Assembly (NCBI GenBank): GCA_963707915.1
Contig: OY970178.1
Span: 3,168,001-3,232,000 of the forward strand
Direction: 5' to 3'
Length of the DNA: 64,000 bases
From: Candidatus Eiseniibacteriota bacterium
Lineage (GTDB): Bacteria > Eisenbacteria > RBG-16-71-46
The translations under genes and the position numbers were made by a program. Under the pieces are notes generated by a model, which saw only the letters and a program-made list of their open reading frames with translations, was not told where the DNA came from and made no database searches. This document shows positions 42,922 to 52,396 of this stretch, piece after piece (within the stretch, counting starts at the first letter, position 1; the number at the start of each line of letters is the position of its first letter).

Positions 42922-42954
42922 CCTTTCGAACCCGATCCTTTCGAACCCGATCCT
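42922..42954 (+). repeat. 15-bp tandem direct repeat CCTTTCGAACCCGAT x2
   Basis: Exact duplication between the promoter and the start codon at 42968. Confidence 0.9.
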
Positions 42955-42967
42955 GAGGGCCTCCTCC

Positions 42968-43921
42968 ATGCGTCGCGTTCTCGTGACCGGGGTGACCGGC
43001 TTCGCCGGCAGCCACCTCGTCGACTACATGCTCACCCGGAACGACTGCGAGATCTTCGGCATCCAGCGCTGGCGCAGTCCGCTCGAGAACGTCGCGCACT
43101 TCATGGACCGGATCACCATGGTCGAGTGCGACCTGCGCGACGCGTCCTCGACGCGCGACACGCTGGAGCGGCTGCGCCCGGACTGGATCTTCCACCTGGC
43201 GGCGCAGTCGTTCGTGCCCACCTCGTGGAGCGCGCCGACCGAGTCGCTCACCACCAACGTGCTCGGCCAGCTCAACATCTTCGAGGCGGTGCGCCGCATC
43301 GGGTTGCAGTGCCGCATCCAGATCGCCTGCTCCAGCGAGGAGTACGGCATGGTCTACGCGGACGAGCTGCCGATCCGGGAGACCAACCCGCTGCGGCCGC
43401 TCTCGCCCTACGCGGTCAGCAAGGTGGCGCAGGACCTGCTCGCCTACCAGTACTGGATGTCGTGGAAGGTGGACTCGGTGCGCACGCGCGGCTTCAACCA
43501 CGAGGGCCCGCGGCGCGGCCCGGTGTTCGTCGCCTCCGACTTCGCCAAGCAGGTGGCCGACATCGAGAAGGGGCTCAAGCCCCCCGTGCTCCACGTCGGC
43601 AACCTCGAGGCCCGGCGCGACTTCACCGACGTGCGCGACATGGTGCGCGGCTACTGGCTGGCGCTCGAGAAGTGCGAGCCCGGCGAGGTCTACAACCTGT
43701 GCAGCGGGAAGGACTACAGCATCCAGCAGGTGCTGGACCTGCTGCTGGGCATGACGAAGGTGAAGATCGAGGTGCGCGAGGACCGCCTGCGGCTGCGGCC
43801 GAGCGACGTACCGGTGCTGCTCGGCGACCGCACGAAGTTCACGAAGGCGACGGGCTGGGTGCCGGCGATCCCCTTCGAGCAGACCCTGCAGGACATGCTC
43901 GACTTCTGGCGCGCGCGGTAG
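42968..43921 (+). CDS. GDP-mannose 4,6-dehydratase / Rmd-like NAD-dependent SDR
   Basis: VTGVTGFAGSHL, HLAAQSFV, SSEEYG, SPYAVSK, FNHEGPRRG, GNLEARRDFTDVRD. Confidence 0.88.
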   Translation: MRRVLVTGVTGFAGSHLVDYMLTRNDCEIFGIQRWRSPLENVAHFMDRITMVECDLRDASSTRDTLERLRPDWIFHLAAQSFVPTSWSAPTESLTTNVLGQLNIFEAVRRIGLQCRIQIACSSEEYGMVYADELPIRETNPLRPLSPYAVSKVAQDLLAYQYWMSWKVDSVRTRGFNHEGPRRGPVFVASDFAKQVADIEKGLKPPVLHVGNLEARRDFTDVRDMVRGYWLALEKCEPGEVYNLCSGKDYSIQQVLDLLLGMTKVKIEVREDRLRLRPSDVPVLLGDRTKFTKATGWVPAIPFEQTLQDMLDFWRAR

Positions 43922-43931
43922 GGGCCGTCCC

Positions 43932-44909
43932 GTGGCGGGCCTGACCGTCCTCGTCACCGGCGTGAGCGGGTTCGTCGGTGCCCACCTCGCGCGCGCGCTC
44001 GACGCCTCGGGCGCGCGCGTGGTGGGGCTCGGCGTCGAGCCCGCGCCGCCCGCCGGGCTCCCGCTCGCGGGCTGGCACGTCGCCGACCTGCGCGAGCCGG
44101 AGTCGGTCGCGCGCGCGGTCGCCGTGGCGCGGCCCGACGCCGTGGTCCACCTGGCGGGCCAGAGCAGCGCCGCGCGCTCCTTCGAGGATCCCGCCGCCAC
44201 CTTCGCGGCGAACGTGACCGGCACGGGCAACCTGCTCGCGGCCGTGCGCGAAGGATCGCCGCGGGCGCGCGTGCTCGTGATCGGGAGCAGCGAGGTCTAC
44301 GGTCCGCAGCCGGAGGGCACGCGCGCGGCGGAGGAGACGCCGTTCGCCCCGGTGAGCCCCTACGCGGCCTCCAAGGCCGAGGCCGACCGGCTCGCGGAGG
44401 CCAGTGCCCGCGGGGAGCACGGTCTCGACGTAGTCCGCGTGCGCGCCTTCAGCCACACCGGGCCCGGCCAGACCGCGGTGTTTGTCGTGCCCGGCTTCGC
44501 CCAGCAGATCGCCGCCATCGAAGCCGGGCGGGCGGAGGGCGTGCTGCGCGTCGGGAACCTCGAGGTGACGCGCGACCTCTCTGACGTGCGCGATGTCGTG
44601 CGCGCCTACCTCGCGCTGCTCGAGCGCGGCGCGCGCGGCGCGGCCTACAACGTCTGCCGGGGCGAGGGCGTGACGCTCACCGTGGTGGCGCGCCGGCTGG
44701 TGGCGCTGGCCCGCGTCCCGGTCCGCATCGAGGTGGACCCCGCGCGCCTGCGTCCGGCCGACATCCCGTGGCTGGTGGGCGACCCCTCGAAGATCGCGCG
44801 GGACGCCGGCTGGCGCACGGAGATCCCGCTCGAGCGCACGCTGGCGGACGTGCTCGAGGAGTGGCGGGAGCGCGCGCAGGGTCCCGGCGGGACGGCCCCG
44901 CAGGCTTGA
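43932..44909 (+). CDS. GDP-4-keto-6-deoxymannose reductase (Rmd)-like SDR
   Basis: VTGVSGFVG, HLAGQSS, SSEVYG, SPYAASK, HTGPGQ, GNLEVTRD. Confidence 0.82.
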   Translation: MAGLTVLVTGVSGFVGAHLARALDASGARVVGLGVEPAPPAGLPLAGWHVADLREPESVARAVAVARPDAVVHLAGQSSAARSFEDPAATFAANVTGTGNLLAAVREGSPRARVLVIGSSEVYGPQPEGTRAAEETPFAPVSPYAASKAEADRLAEASARGEHGLDVVRVRAFSHTGPGQTAVFVVPGFAQQIAAIEAGRAEGVLRVGNLEVTRDLSDVRDVVRAYLALLERGARGAAYNVCRGEGVTLTVVARRLVALARVPVRIEVDPARLRPADIPWLVGDPSKIARDAGWRTEIPLERTLADVLEEWRERAQGPGGTAPQA

Positions 44910-44935
44910 CCCGGCCCATGGGGCAGGCCTACCTT
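44906..44935 (+). promoter_or_regulatory. Putative sigma70 promoter TTGACC-N18-TACCTT
   Basis: Directly upstream of the chain-length regulator gene. Confidence 0.5.
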
Positions 44936-44952
44936 GCGAGCCGCATCGAAGG

Positions 44953-46029
44953 ATGCCCACCATGAAACCCAGCCCGCTCGATTCCCTGCCGCCGCCCGCC
45001 CGCCGCTTCGTCGCAGCCTCCATGGAGCGAAGGCGGCCGATCGGGGCGTTCGTGCTGTCGGTCATGGCGCTCTCCGTGGGCGTGGCGATGCTGCTGCCGC
45101 CCTGGTTCCTTGCGCGCTCGACCGTGCTGCCGCCCACCGAGGGGAACGACTCCTTCGGCATCATGGCGGGGCTGATCCAGGGGGCGGCGCTCAGCAAGAT
45201 CGGGATGACGACAACCTCGACGGCCTCGGAGATCTACGCCGAGATCCTCGTGAGCCGCACGCTGCGCGAGGGGCTGGTCCGCGAGTTCCACCTCGACCGG
45301 GTCTACCGGCGCAAGGGGATGGACCGCACGCTCAAGGAGCTGGGCCGGCACGTCAGGGTGGTGACCGGAAGCTCGGGCCTGCTGGTCGTTGAGGTCGAGG
45401 ACCGGGATCCCCGGCGCGCGGCGGACATGGCGAACCGGCTGGTGGACGAACTCGACCGCTTCAACCGCGAGACACTCAACACGCGGGCCAAGCGCACGCG
45501 GGAGTTCCTCGAGTCGCGGGTGACCGACGTCCAGGCGCGCCTGCGGGTGGCGGAAGCGGCCCTCACGAAGTACGAGCAGGAGCACGGCGTGGTCGCCGAC
45601 GCCTCCATCGTCGGGGGCGTGGCCTCGGTCATCGCCCAGAAGCTGAGTCTGCAGGTGAAGCGCGAGTACGTCTCCAGCTACACGTCCTCCGGCAACGCCG
45701 CGGTCCGTTCCATCGACGCCGAGCTCGCCGCCTACGACCGCGAGCTGGCCCGCCTGCCGGGTCTCAAGAACGAAGGCGCGCGGCTGGCGCTCGACGCCGA
45801 GATCCAGCGCCGGGTCTTCACGATGCTGACCGGGCAGTACGAGGACGCGCGCGTGCAGGAGATGCGGGACACGCCGACCATCACGGTGCTCGACCGGGCC
45901 AGTCCCCCCGAGCTGAAGTCGCGGCCGAAACGCTCGGTGATCGTGCTCGTTTCGACCCTGGTCGCGCTGTTGCTCTCCGCGGGGTGGGTGGGTCTGTCCC
46001 TCCGAAGGGCCGCGCCCGGCGCGGGGTAG
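44953..46029 (+). CDS. Wzz/GumC-like polysaccharide chain-length regulator (GNVR-type C-terminus)
   Basis: Two TM segments flanking a coiled periplasmic region; VLDRASPPELKSRPKR. Confidence 0.85.
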   Translation: MPTMKPSPLDSLPPPARRFVAASMERRRPIGAFVLSVMALSVGVAMLLPPWFLARSTVLPPTEGNDSFGIMAGLIQGAALSKIGMTTTSTASEIYAEILVSRTLREGLVREFHLDRVYRRKGMDRTLKELGRHVRVVTGSSGLLVVEVEDRDPRRAADMANRLVDELDRFNRETLNTRAKRTREFLESRVTDVQARLRVAEAALTKYEQEHGVVADASIVGGVASVIAQKLSLQVKREYVSSYTSSGNAAVRSIDAELAAYDRELARLPGLKNEGARLALDAEIQRRVFTMLTGQYEDARVQEMRDTPTITVLDRASPPELKSRPKRSVIVLVSTLVALLLSAGWVGLSLRRAAPGAG

Positions 46030-46159
46030 TCGTGCCCGTCCGGGCCCACCGAAACGCCGGCCCTCAGCCGGGATCGTGAGATCGCCGTGAGTCGGCCGGA
46101 CGCGGCGCGCGGTGGCAGAGGCGTTGCGCCGGCCTCGGAGGTCGTCGATCTTGGCTCTC

Positions 46160-47117
46160 ATGGCACCCGAAGCACTGCAGACGATCTTGGCCTGTCCAGT
46201 GTGCGGGGCGCCGCTCGCGCGGGAGGGGGCGGCGTTCCGGTGCGCAGGTGCGCGGGGGGGGGGCGCTCCACGTGTTCGAGATCCTCGGCTCGCATCCCGT
46301 GCTCGTGGATTTCGACGACAGCGTGCTCGACCGGGAGGGCGTGTTCGGCTCGGGCGGGACGTCGCTGGTGTCGCGGAGCATCGAGGCCCGGCCCCGGCTG
46401 CGCCGGCTCGTCGGTCTCCTGGGCAGCGGGCCCCGGAGAGGGAGCGTGACCTCGCGGGTCCTGGCCAGGCTCCGGCAGGGACGGAAGCGGATCCGAGTGC
46501 TGGTCGTGGGCGGCGCGACCGCCGGTGACGAGGTGCGCGAGCTCTACGAGGCGGCCGACATCGAGACGGTGGGATTCGACGTCTACCACTCGCCGCTGAC
46601 GCAGTTCGTCGCCGACGCTCACGCGATGCCGCTCGCGGACGCCACCTTCGACGGGGTGTGGATCCAGGCCGTGCTCGAGCACGTGGTGGATCCCCACCGG
46701 GTCGTCGGGGAGATCCATCGGGTCCTGCGGCCCGGCGGGGTGGTCCTGTCGGTGATGCCCTTCATGCAGCAGGTGCACGAAGGCGCGTACGACTTCGTGC
46801 GCCTGACCGAACGCGGGCACCGGTGGCTGTTCCGCTGGTTCGAGGAGGTGGAGAGCGGCGTCGTCGCGGGCCCCGGCACGGCCCTGTCGTGGAGCATCGA
46901 CCGCTTCGTCCGCTCGCTGACCCGTTCGAGGACGCTCGGGCGGGCCACGGGTCTGGCCTTCGGCTGGCTGGCATGGCTCGAGGGCCTGATGGCGCCGGGC
47001 CAGGTCTCCGACGCAGCTTCGTGCCTCTACTTCGTGGGCGCGCGAGCCGAACAGCCGCTCGGCGTGAAGGCGCTGGTGCGCGGGTACCGCGGAGCGCAGA
47101 GGTCCCGGAATGAGTGA
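46160..47117 (+). pseudogene. Class I SAM methyltransferase with Trm112-like N-terminus, frameshifted at a G10 tract
   Basis: MAPEALQTILACPVCG in one frame; VLVVGG, ADAHAMP, AVLEHV, HEGAYDF.R in the +1 frame. G9 at 46254-46263 would join them. Confidence 0.78.
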
Positions 47118-48564
47118 GGGGACGGCATCCGTCACCCGCGCCGCGACGGCCCCCCCGCTGTTCCCGGCGCTGACCGCGGGAGCGCTCGCCCTCGTCGCCG
47201 GCCTGGCGGCGGGCGACCCGGGCTCGGGGCTGCTGCTGCCGCTGGCCGGGGTCCTCGGCTGCGGTCTCGTCGGTGTGATCGCGGCCCGGCCCTTCGCGGG
47301 TCTCCTCGCGCTGGTGTTCTCGCTGTTCCTCCTCATGATCGTGCCCGTGGCCGGGACGCACCGCGCCGTCAACGTGTTCGACGTCGCCATGATCCCGGTG
47401 CTTGCGGCGTCGCTGATCGGCGGCGCCCGCAGCGGCGCCCTGGCGGGCGACGCGCTCGCGACGGGGCCGGCTCACGACGCCATGCGCGTGGCGACCCGGC
47501 GCTTCGCGAAGAGCGCCATTCTCTATTTCGGCCTGGCCGCTCTCTCCCTGCCGATGCTGGCGATTCGCCTCGGGTCCGGCCCCGCGTTCGACTCGGGGTA
47601 CTCCCTGGTCCGCGTGCTGCAGGGCGCGCTCCTGTTCCCGCTCGGGTTGTGGTGGCTGCGCGACGAGCGACGCATCCGGTGGGTGCTCCACACCGTGTTC
47701 GCCGCGGCCGTTGCCTTCTCGGTGGTGAATTGCGTCTGGGTGTTCGGCCTCGGGGTCAGCCGGGCCGGCATCGTCTGGTCGGTGAGCGACGCGCGCGATG
47801 CCATCACCAGCCCCAACGAGGCGGCGGCGGCGCTGGTCCTGCTGTGGGCCCTGGTGCAGGTGTGCCGGGGCGTGCAGCCGCGCCGGTGGCACCTCCCGCT
47901 CCTCGGCCTGGTGCTCGTCATGCTCCCCCTCACCCAGTCGCGCAGCGGGCTGCTGGCCCTGGCTACACTGCTCCTCATGACCATGCGGCGGATACGCTGG
48001 CGCTGGGTGCTTGGCGTCCTTGCGTTCCTCGCTGTGGCGCTGCCGCTGCTGCCCGCGGTGTTCTGGGAGCGAATGGCGCACACGCTGACGCTCCGGCCCG
48101 GCTCCAACGAACTGTTCTCGATCCTGGTGCGCTTCTACGGCTACCGGACGGCCTGGCACGTGTTCCTCGACAACCCGGTCTTCGGCGTGGGGTACCTGGG
48201 CTACCGCTTCGTGAGCGTTCATTACAACGAATTCCATCTCCTCCTGGTCACGACCGAGAACTTCCTCCTCGAAACCATGGTCGGACTCGGGCTCGTGGGC
48301 CTCGGCGCGGTGGCCGTCGTGCTGTGGCGCCTCTACGCGCTCGGCTCCGCGGTTCGCCGCACGGCCCCCGCGGGTACGCTGGCGCACGAGCTCGCACGGC
48401 TGCACGGACCGCTGGTGACGGCGCTGCTGGTGGCGAACCTGACGGGTTCCACGTTCGTGGGCATGGTGGGGGTCGGACAGCTCGCGCTCTGGTGCGCTCT
48501 GCTGGTCCGGGCCGGCCACCTGGCGCAGGACGGGGCGCGGCGGCCCGGGAGCCCGGAGGCGTGA
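47110..48564 (+). CDS. O-antigen ligase/polymerase (Wzy_C) family membrane protein
   Basis: Multi-TM; PNE, TQSRSG, R...Y..AW..F.DNPVFGVG, ENFLLE...GLVG. Confidence 0.82.
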   Translation: MSEGTASVTRAATAPPLFPALTAGALALVAGLAAGDPGSGLLLPLAGVLGCGLVGVIAARPFAGLLALVFSLFLLMIVPVAGTHRAVNVFDVAMIPVLAASLIGGARSGALAGDALATGPAHDAMRVATRRFAKSAILYFGLAALSLPMLAIRLGSGPAFDSGYSLVRVLQGALLFPLGLWWLRDERRIRWVLHTVFAAAVAFSVVNCVWVFGLGVSRAGIVWSVSDARDAITSPNEAAAALVLLWALVQVCRGVQPRRWHLPLLGLVLVMLPLTQSRSGLLALATLLLMTMRRIRWRWVLGVLAFLAVALPLLPAVFWERMAHTLTLRPGSNELFSILVRFYGYRTAWHVFLDNPVFGVGYLGYRFVSVHYNEFHLLLVTTENFLLETMVGLGLVGLGAVAVVLWRLYALGSAVRRTAPAGTLAHELARLHGPLVTALLVANLTGSTFVGMVGVGQLALWCALLVRAGHLAQDGARRPGSPEA

Positions 48565-49789
48565 CCCGCGCGTGCTCCACGCCGGCCAGTGCGTTGGGCC
48601 CCGGCCGGGTCCCCGGCGCTGCGCGGCCGCTGCGCGTCCTGCAGGTCATCACCCGGATGATCGTGGGGGGGCGCAGGAGACAGCGATGCTCACCTGCGCC
48701 TTGCTGGACCCGGAGCGTTTCCGCTGCGAGCTGCTCACCGGCCCCCAGACCGGACCCGAGGGGGAGCTGCACACCGAGTCGCGCGCGAGGGGCGTGACGC
48801 TGCACGTCGAGCCGGTCCTCTGGCGCGAGCTGCACCCGGCCAAGGACGTACTGGCCCTGTTCCGGCTGGTGCGATTCCTGTCGCGCGGCCGCTTCGACAT
48901 CGTGCACACGAACTCCTCCAAAGCCGGGATTCTGGGACGGGTCGCCGCGCGGATCGCCGGCGTGCCGGTGGTCGTGCACACGGTGCACGGGTGGGCCTTC
49001 ACCCCGGGGCAGCCGTGGCCGGTCTTCCGCCTCTACGTCTGGCTCGAGCGCATGTGCGCGCGCTGGTGCGGGGCGCTGGTGGTCGTAGCGCAGCCGGACG
49101 CGGACGAAGGACTCGCGCTCGGCATCGGGCGACCGGGGCAGTACGTGCTCATCCGCTCCGGCATCGAGATCGACGTCTACCGCGAAGTCCCGGTCACGCG
49201 CTCCGCGGCGCGGCGGCTTGCCGGCGTGCCGGAGGCCGCGTTCGTCGTCGGGGCGGTCGGCCGGCTCTCCGCGCAGAAGGCCCCGCTCGACCTGGTGGCG
49301 GCCTTCGAGGACCTCGCTCGCGTCCGCGGCGATGCGCATCTCGTTCTGGTGGGGGACGGCCCGCTGCGCGGGGACGTGGAGGACCGCGTGGCGCGCTCGG
49401 GGCTCGCCGAGCGCGTGCACCTGCTGGGCCTGCGCCGCGATGTGCCGGAGTTGCTGCGGGCCTTCGACGTGCTGGCCTTGACCTCGCGCTGGGAGGGGCT
49501 CCCGCGGGTCTTCCCCCAGGCGATGGCGGCGGGGTTGCCCATCGTGGCCACGCGGGTGGACGGCGCGGTGGAGGCGGTGGTGGACGGCGAAACCGGCTGG
49601 CTCGTGGACGTCGGCGACCGCGCCGGGCTGGCGGCGCGGCTGCTCGGGCTGGCGGAGGACCCCGGACTCGCGCGAAGCATGGGCGAGTCCGGGCGCGCCC
49701 GGGTCGAGGAGTTCTCGGCGGCGCGCATGGCGCGGCAGCTCGAGGAACTCTACGAGCGGCTCGCCCGCGAGGCCGGACTGCGGTCGTGA
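48561..49789 (+). pseudogene. GT4 glycosyltransferase, frameshifted at a G7 tract
   Basis: RVLQVITRMIVGG in one frame; AQETAM...HTNSSKAG, HTVHG, GRLSAQK, SRWEGLP in another. G8 at 48665-48671 restores IVGGAQE. Confidence 0.82.
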
Positions 49790-49844
49790 CTGCCGGGCCG
49801 CGCAGCCGCACCGGGCCGGCCGGACGTCTCCCGCTCCGCCCGCG

Positions 49845-51113
49845 CTAGACCGTGCGGTAGAGCGCGGCGAGCCGGGGCGCGCTCCCTTCGACGGCGAAGC
49901 GAGCGGCCGCCCAGTGGGCGAACTCCATCCGCCGCGCGGGCGCGAAGTCCCGACCGCAGAAACGCTGTATCCGCCGCCGCACGTCCTCCACGTCGGCCAG
50001 GTCGGGCAGCACGCAGGCGCACTCGGAATCGCGCATCGGGCCCGAGAAGTCGCCGATGCCCTCGGTCATCACGATCGGCAATCCGGACAGGACGTACTCC
50101 GCGAACTTGCCGGGCGCCGCCGCCTCGTTCATGGGATGCCGGTCGCGCAGCAGCAGCCCCACGTCAGCCGCGCAGAGGTAGCTCGCGATCTCGCCGTGCG
50201 CGACCGAGAGCACGCGATGGTCGGCAGGCGACACCGCGGCGCGCCGCAAGTGGGGCTCGATCTTCGCGCGATCGCCCTCCGGAGCGAGGACCAGGAAGAA
50301 CGCCGAAGGGCGGGCCTGCCGGATGAAGGCGAAGGCCTCGACCAGCCGTTCGGGGACCTGCCAGCGTCCGCGCAGGTTCCCGCTGTAGACAACGACGAAG
50401 CGGTCCTCGAGGCCCAGGGCGCGGCGCGCCCGGCCGCGCACGTCGGGGTCGAAGAAGAACTCCCGGTGGCTCGCCAGGGTCGGCATGACGTGGACCTTCT
50501 CCGCCTGCCGCGACGAGAGCGAGAAGCGCCGGATCATCACGTCCCGCAGCCGTTCCGAGACGCAGATCACCGCGTCCCCGTGCCGCAGGATGTCGCCCTC
50601 CGCCCGCTCGTAGTAACGGCGCTCCAGGGCCCACCGGGCTCGCAGCTGGAGCGTCGGCTGGTCCGCCTTGGATCGCCGGTAGTCTAGCTCGGCCAGGTCG
50701 TCGCCCTCGAGCTCTGCCACGACCCGCACCGAGGGCCAACGACGCTTGAGCGAGAGCGCGAGCCGGGCCATGACGATCTGGCGCGTGTGCACGACGACCG
50801 TCCGGTCCGGCCGCTCCGCCAAGCCGAGACTCCGTCCGAGCCCGCGCGCCGAGAGTCCCGGGAACAGGTTCCAGACGGGGACCTGGCGGACCTTGCCGCG
50901 GATGCGTCCGCGCACCTCCTCGATCCGGTTCGGCCCGAGGCGCCCGCGGCTCCGCCACGCCCGCCACGACGCGAGCGGGTCGGGCGAGACGCGCAGGCGG
51001 GTGACGAGGCCGACCACGAGACCCTCGTCCTCGAGTCGCCGGATCAGGTCAACGTACATGCCGGTGTGAAGCGCGTCCCCTCCCAGGTAGTAGCAGGCGC
51101 GTTCCGCGGTCAA
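49845..51113 (-). CDS. Glycosyltransferase (GT4-like)
   Basis: TTG start overlapping the upstream stop; VYSGN...WQ, ADVGLLLR, PGKFAEY...GLPI. Confidence 0.78.
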   Translation of the reverse strand: MTAERACYYLGGDALHTGMYVDLIRRLEDEGLVVGLVTRLRVSPDPLASWRAWRSRGRLGPNRIEEVRGRIRGKVRQVPVWNLFPGLSARGLGRSLGLAERPDRTVVVHTRQIVMARLALSLKRRWPSVRVVAELEGDDLAELDYRRSKADQPTLQLRARWALERRYYERAEGDILRHGDAVICVSERLRDVMIRRFSLSSRQAEKVHVMPTLASHREFFFDPDVRGRARRALGLEDRFVVVYSGNLRGRWQVPERLVEAFAFIRQARPSAFFLVLAPEGDRAKIEPHLRRAAVSPADHRVLSVAHGEIASYLCAADVGLLLRDRHPMNEAAAPGKFAEYVLSGLPIVMTEGIGDFSGPMRDSECACVLPDLADVEDVRRRIQRFCGRDFAPARRMEFAHWAAARFAVEGSAPRLAALYRTV

Positions 51114-52396
51114 GCGGGCTCCACGCGACCCATCCTCCGGCCGCCGGCGAGGTCCTCGTACAGGCGGAGGTGGCGTTCGAGATAGGTCGCGGACGAGTAC
51201 TCCGCCTCGACGATCCTGCGCCCGGCGGCGCCCATGGCGAGACGCTGCCCGTCGTCGCGCAGCAATGCATCGAGCGCCAGCGCCAGCGCGGCGCCGTCGC
51301 GCGCCGGGACACTCACGCCGGCCTGCGGCGGACGGACGATCTCCGTCACTGCGGTGCTCTCGGTGGCGATCACCGGCGTGCCGCACGCCATGGCCTCGAG
51401 CGCCATGAGCCCGAACGACTCCGCCAGCGAAGGCATGACGAACACGTCGGCGGCGGCCAACGCTTCGCCCACGCGTCGCTCGTCCTCGAGCCAGCCCAAC
51501 TCGATGACCCGGTACTTCCCCTGGAGCTCGGCCAGTCGCCCCCGTTCCTGGAATACGACGAGGGTCGTCGGCGCGCACGGCTCGAGGCGGGCCAGGGCCT
51601 CGAGCAGCCAGGGGATTCCCTTGCCCCGGCGGTGCTTCTCCCCGGCGGGCATCCGGAAGGCGATGACCTTTGTTCCCGGTGCGATGCCGAGCCTCTCTCG
51701 GGCGGCCCGGCGGTCCGGCCGAGGCCAGGTCTCGAGGTCGAGCCCGAAGGGGATGACGTGGCACGGATGGCCGGACAGCAACGGGCTCGCTTCCACCCGC
51801 TCCCGCATCCAGCGCGAGGCCACCACCAGCGTGAGCGGTGCGCGGCCGTACATCCGGCGCTTCACCTTCCAGACCAGCGCGGTGGTGTCCGACCAGACGG
51901 TGAAGTCCCGCTCCAGGTCCGGGCAACGGCCGCATCCGGTGCGCCAGCGCTCGCAGTCGAGCGGGTGGACGCAGTGGCCCGTCGTCGCCCAGGGATCGTG
52001 CAGCGTCCAGACCGTCGGGCGCATTCCCGCCAGCCAGGGCACCAGCGGCAGGCCGACGAAGTGCGGGTAGGTCAACTGCCAGTGCACGACGTCGGCGGTG
52101 CGGAAGGAGCGGCGCAGCGGGAAGGTCGCGGCCATCGGCGAGAGCAGTCCCTGCAGGCTGGTGACGCGCTCGGCGGCGTACAGGCCGCGCTCCAGCCAGC
52201 GGCCGATCCGCGTGTGCCCGTGGACGCGCGGATCGGCCGACCGGCGGTGGACGACGAGCATACGGGAGTCCCAGCCCCCGGCGCGGAGCATCCGGTGGAG
52301 CTGGTAGCCGTTGAACCTCTGGCCGACGAGGTCGCGCAGCGTCACCTGTAGGATGCGCGTGGACGGCGGACGGCGGGTCACCGGGGCCGGCGTCAC
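51110..52396 (-). CDS. GT4 glycosyltransferase (WcaC-like, with Cys cluster)
   Basis: WTLHDPW.TTGHC...C.RW.TGCGRCP, ADVFVMPSLAESFGLMALEAMACGTPV. Confidence 0.88.
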   Translation of the reverse strand: MTPAPVTRRPPSTRILQVTLRDLVGQRFNGYQLHRMLRAGGWDSRMLVVHRRSADPRVHGHTRIGRWLERGLYAAERVTSLQGLLSPMAATFPLRRSFRTADVVHWQLTYPHFVGLPLVPWLAGMRPTVWTLHDPWATTGHCVHPLDCERWRTGCGRCPDLERDFTVWSDTTALVWKVKRRMYGRAPLTLVVASRWMRERVEASPLLSGHPCHVIPFGLDLETWPRPDRRAARERLGIAPGTKVIAFRMPAGEKHRRGKGIPWLLEALARLEPCAPTTLVVFQERGRLAELQGKYRVIELGWLEDERRVGEALAAADVFVMPSLAESFGLMALEAMACGTPVIATESTAVTEIVRPPQAGVSVPARDGAALALALDALLRDDGQRLAMGAAGRRIVEAEYSSATYLERHLRLYEDLAGGRRMGRVEPA

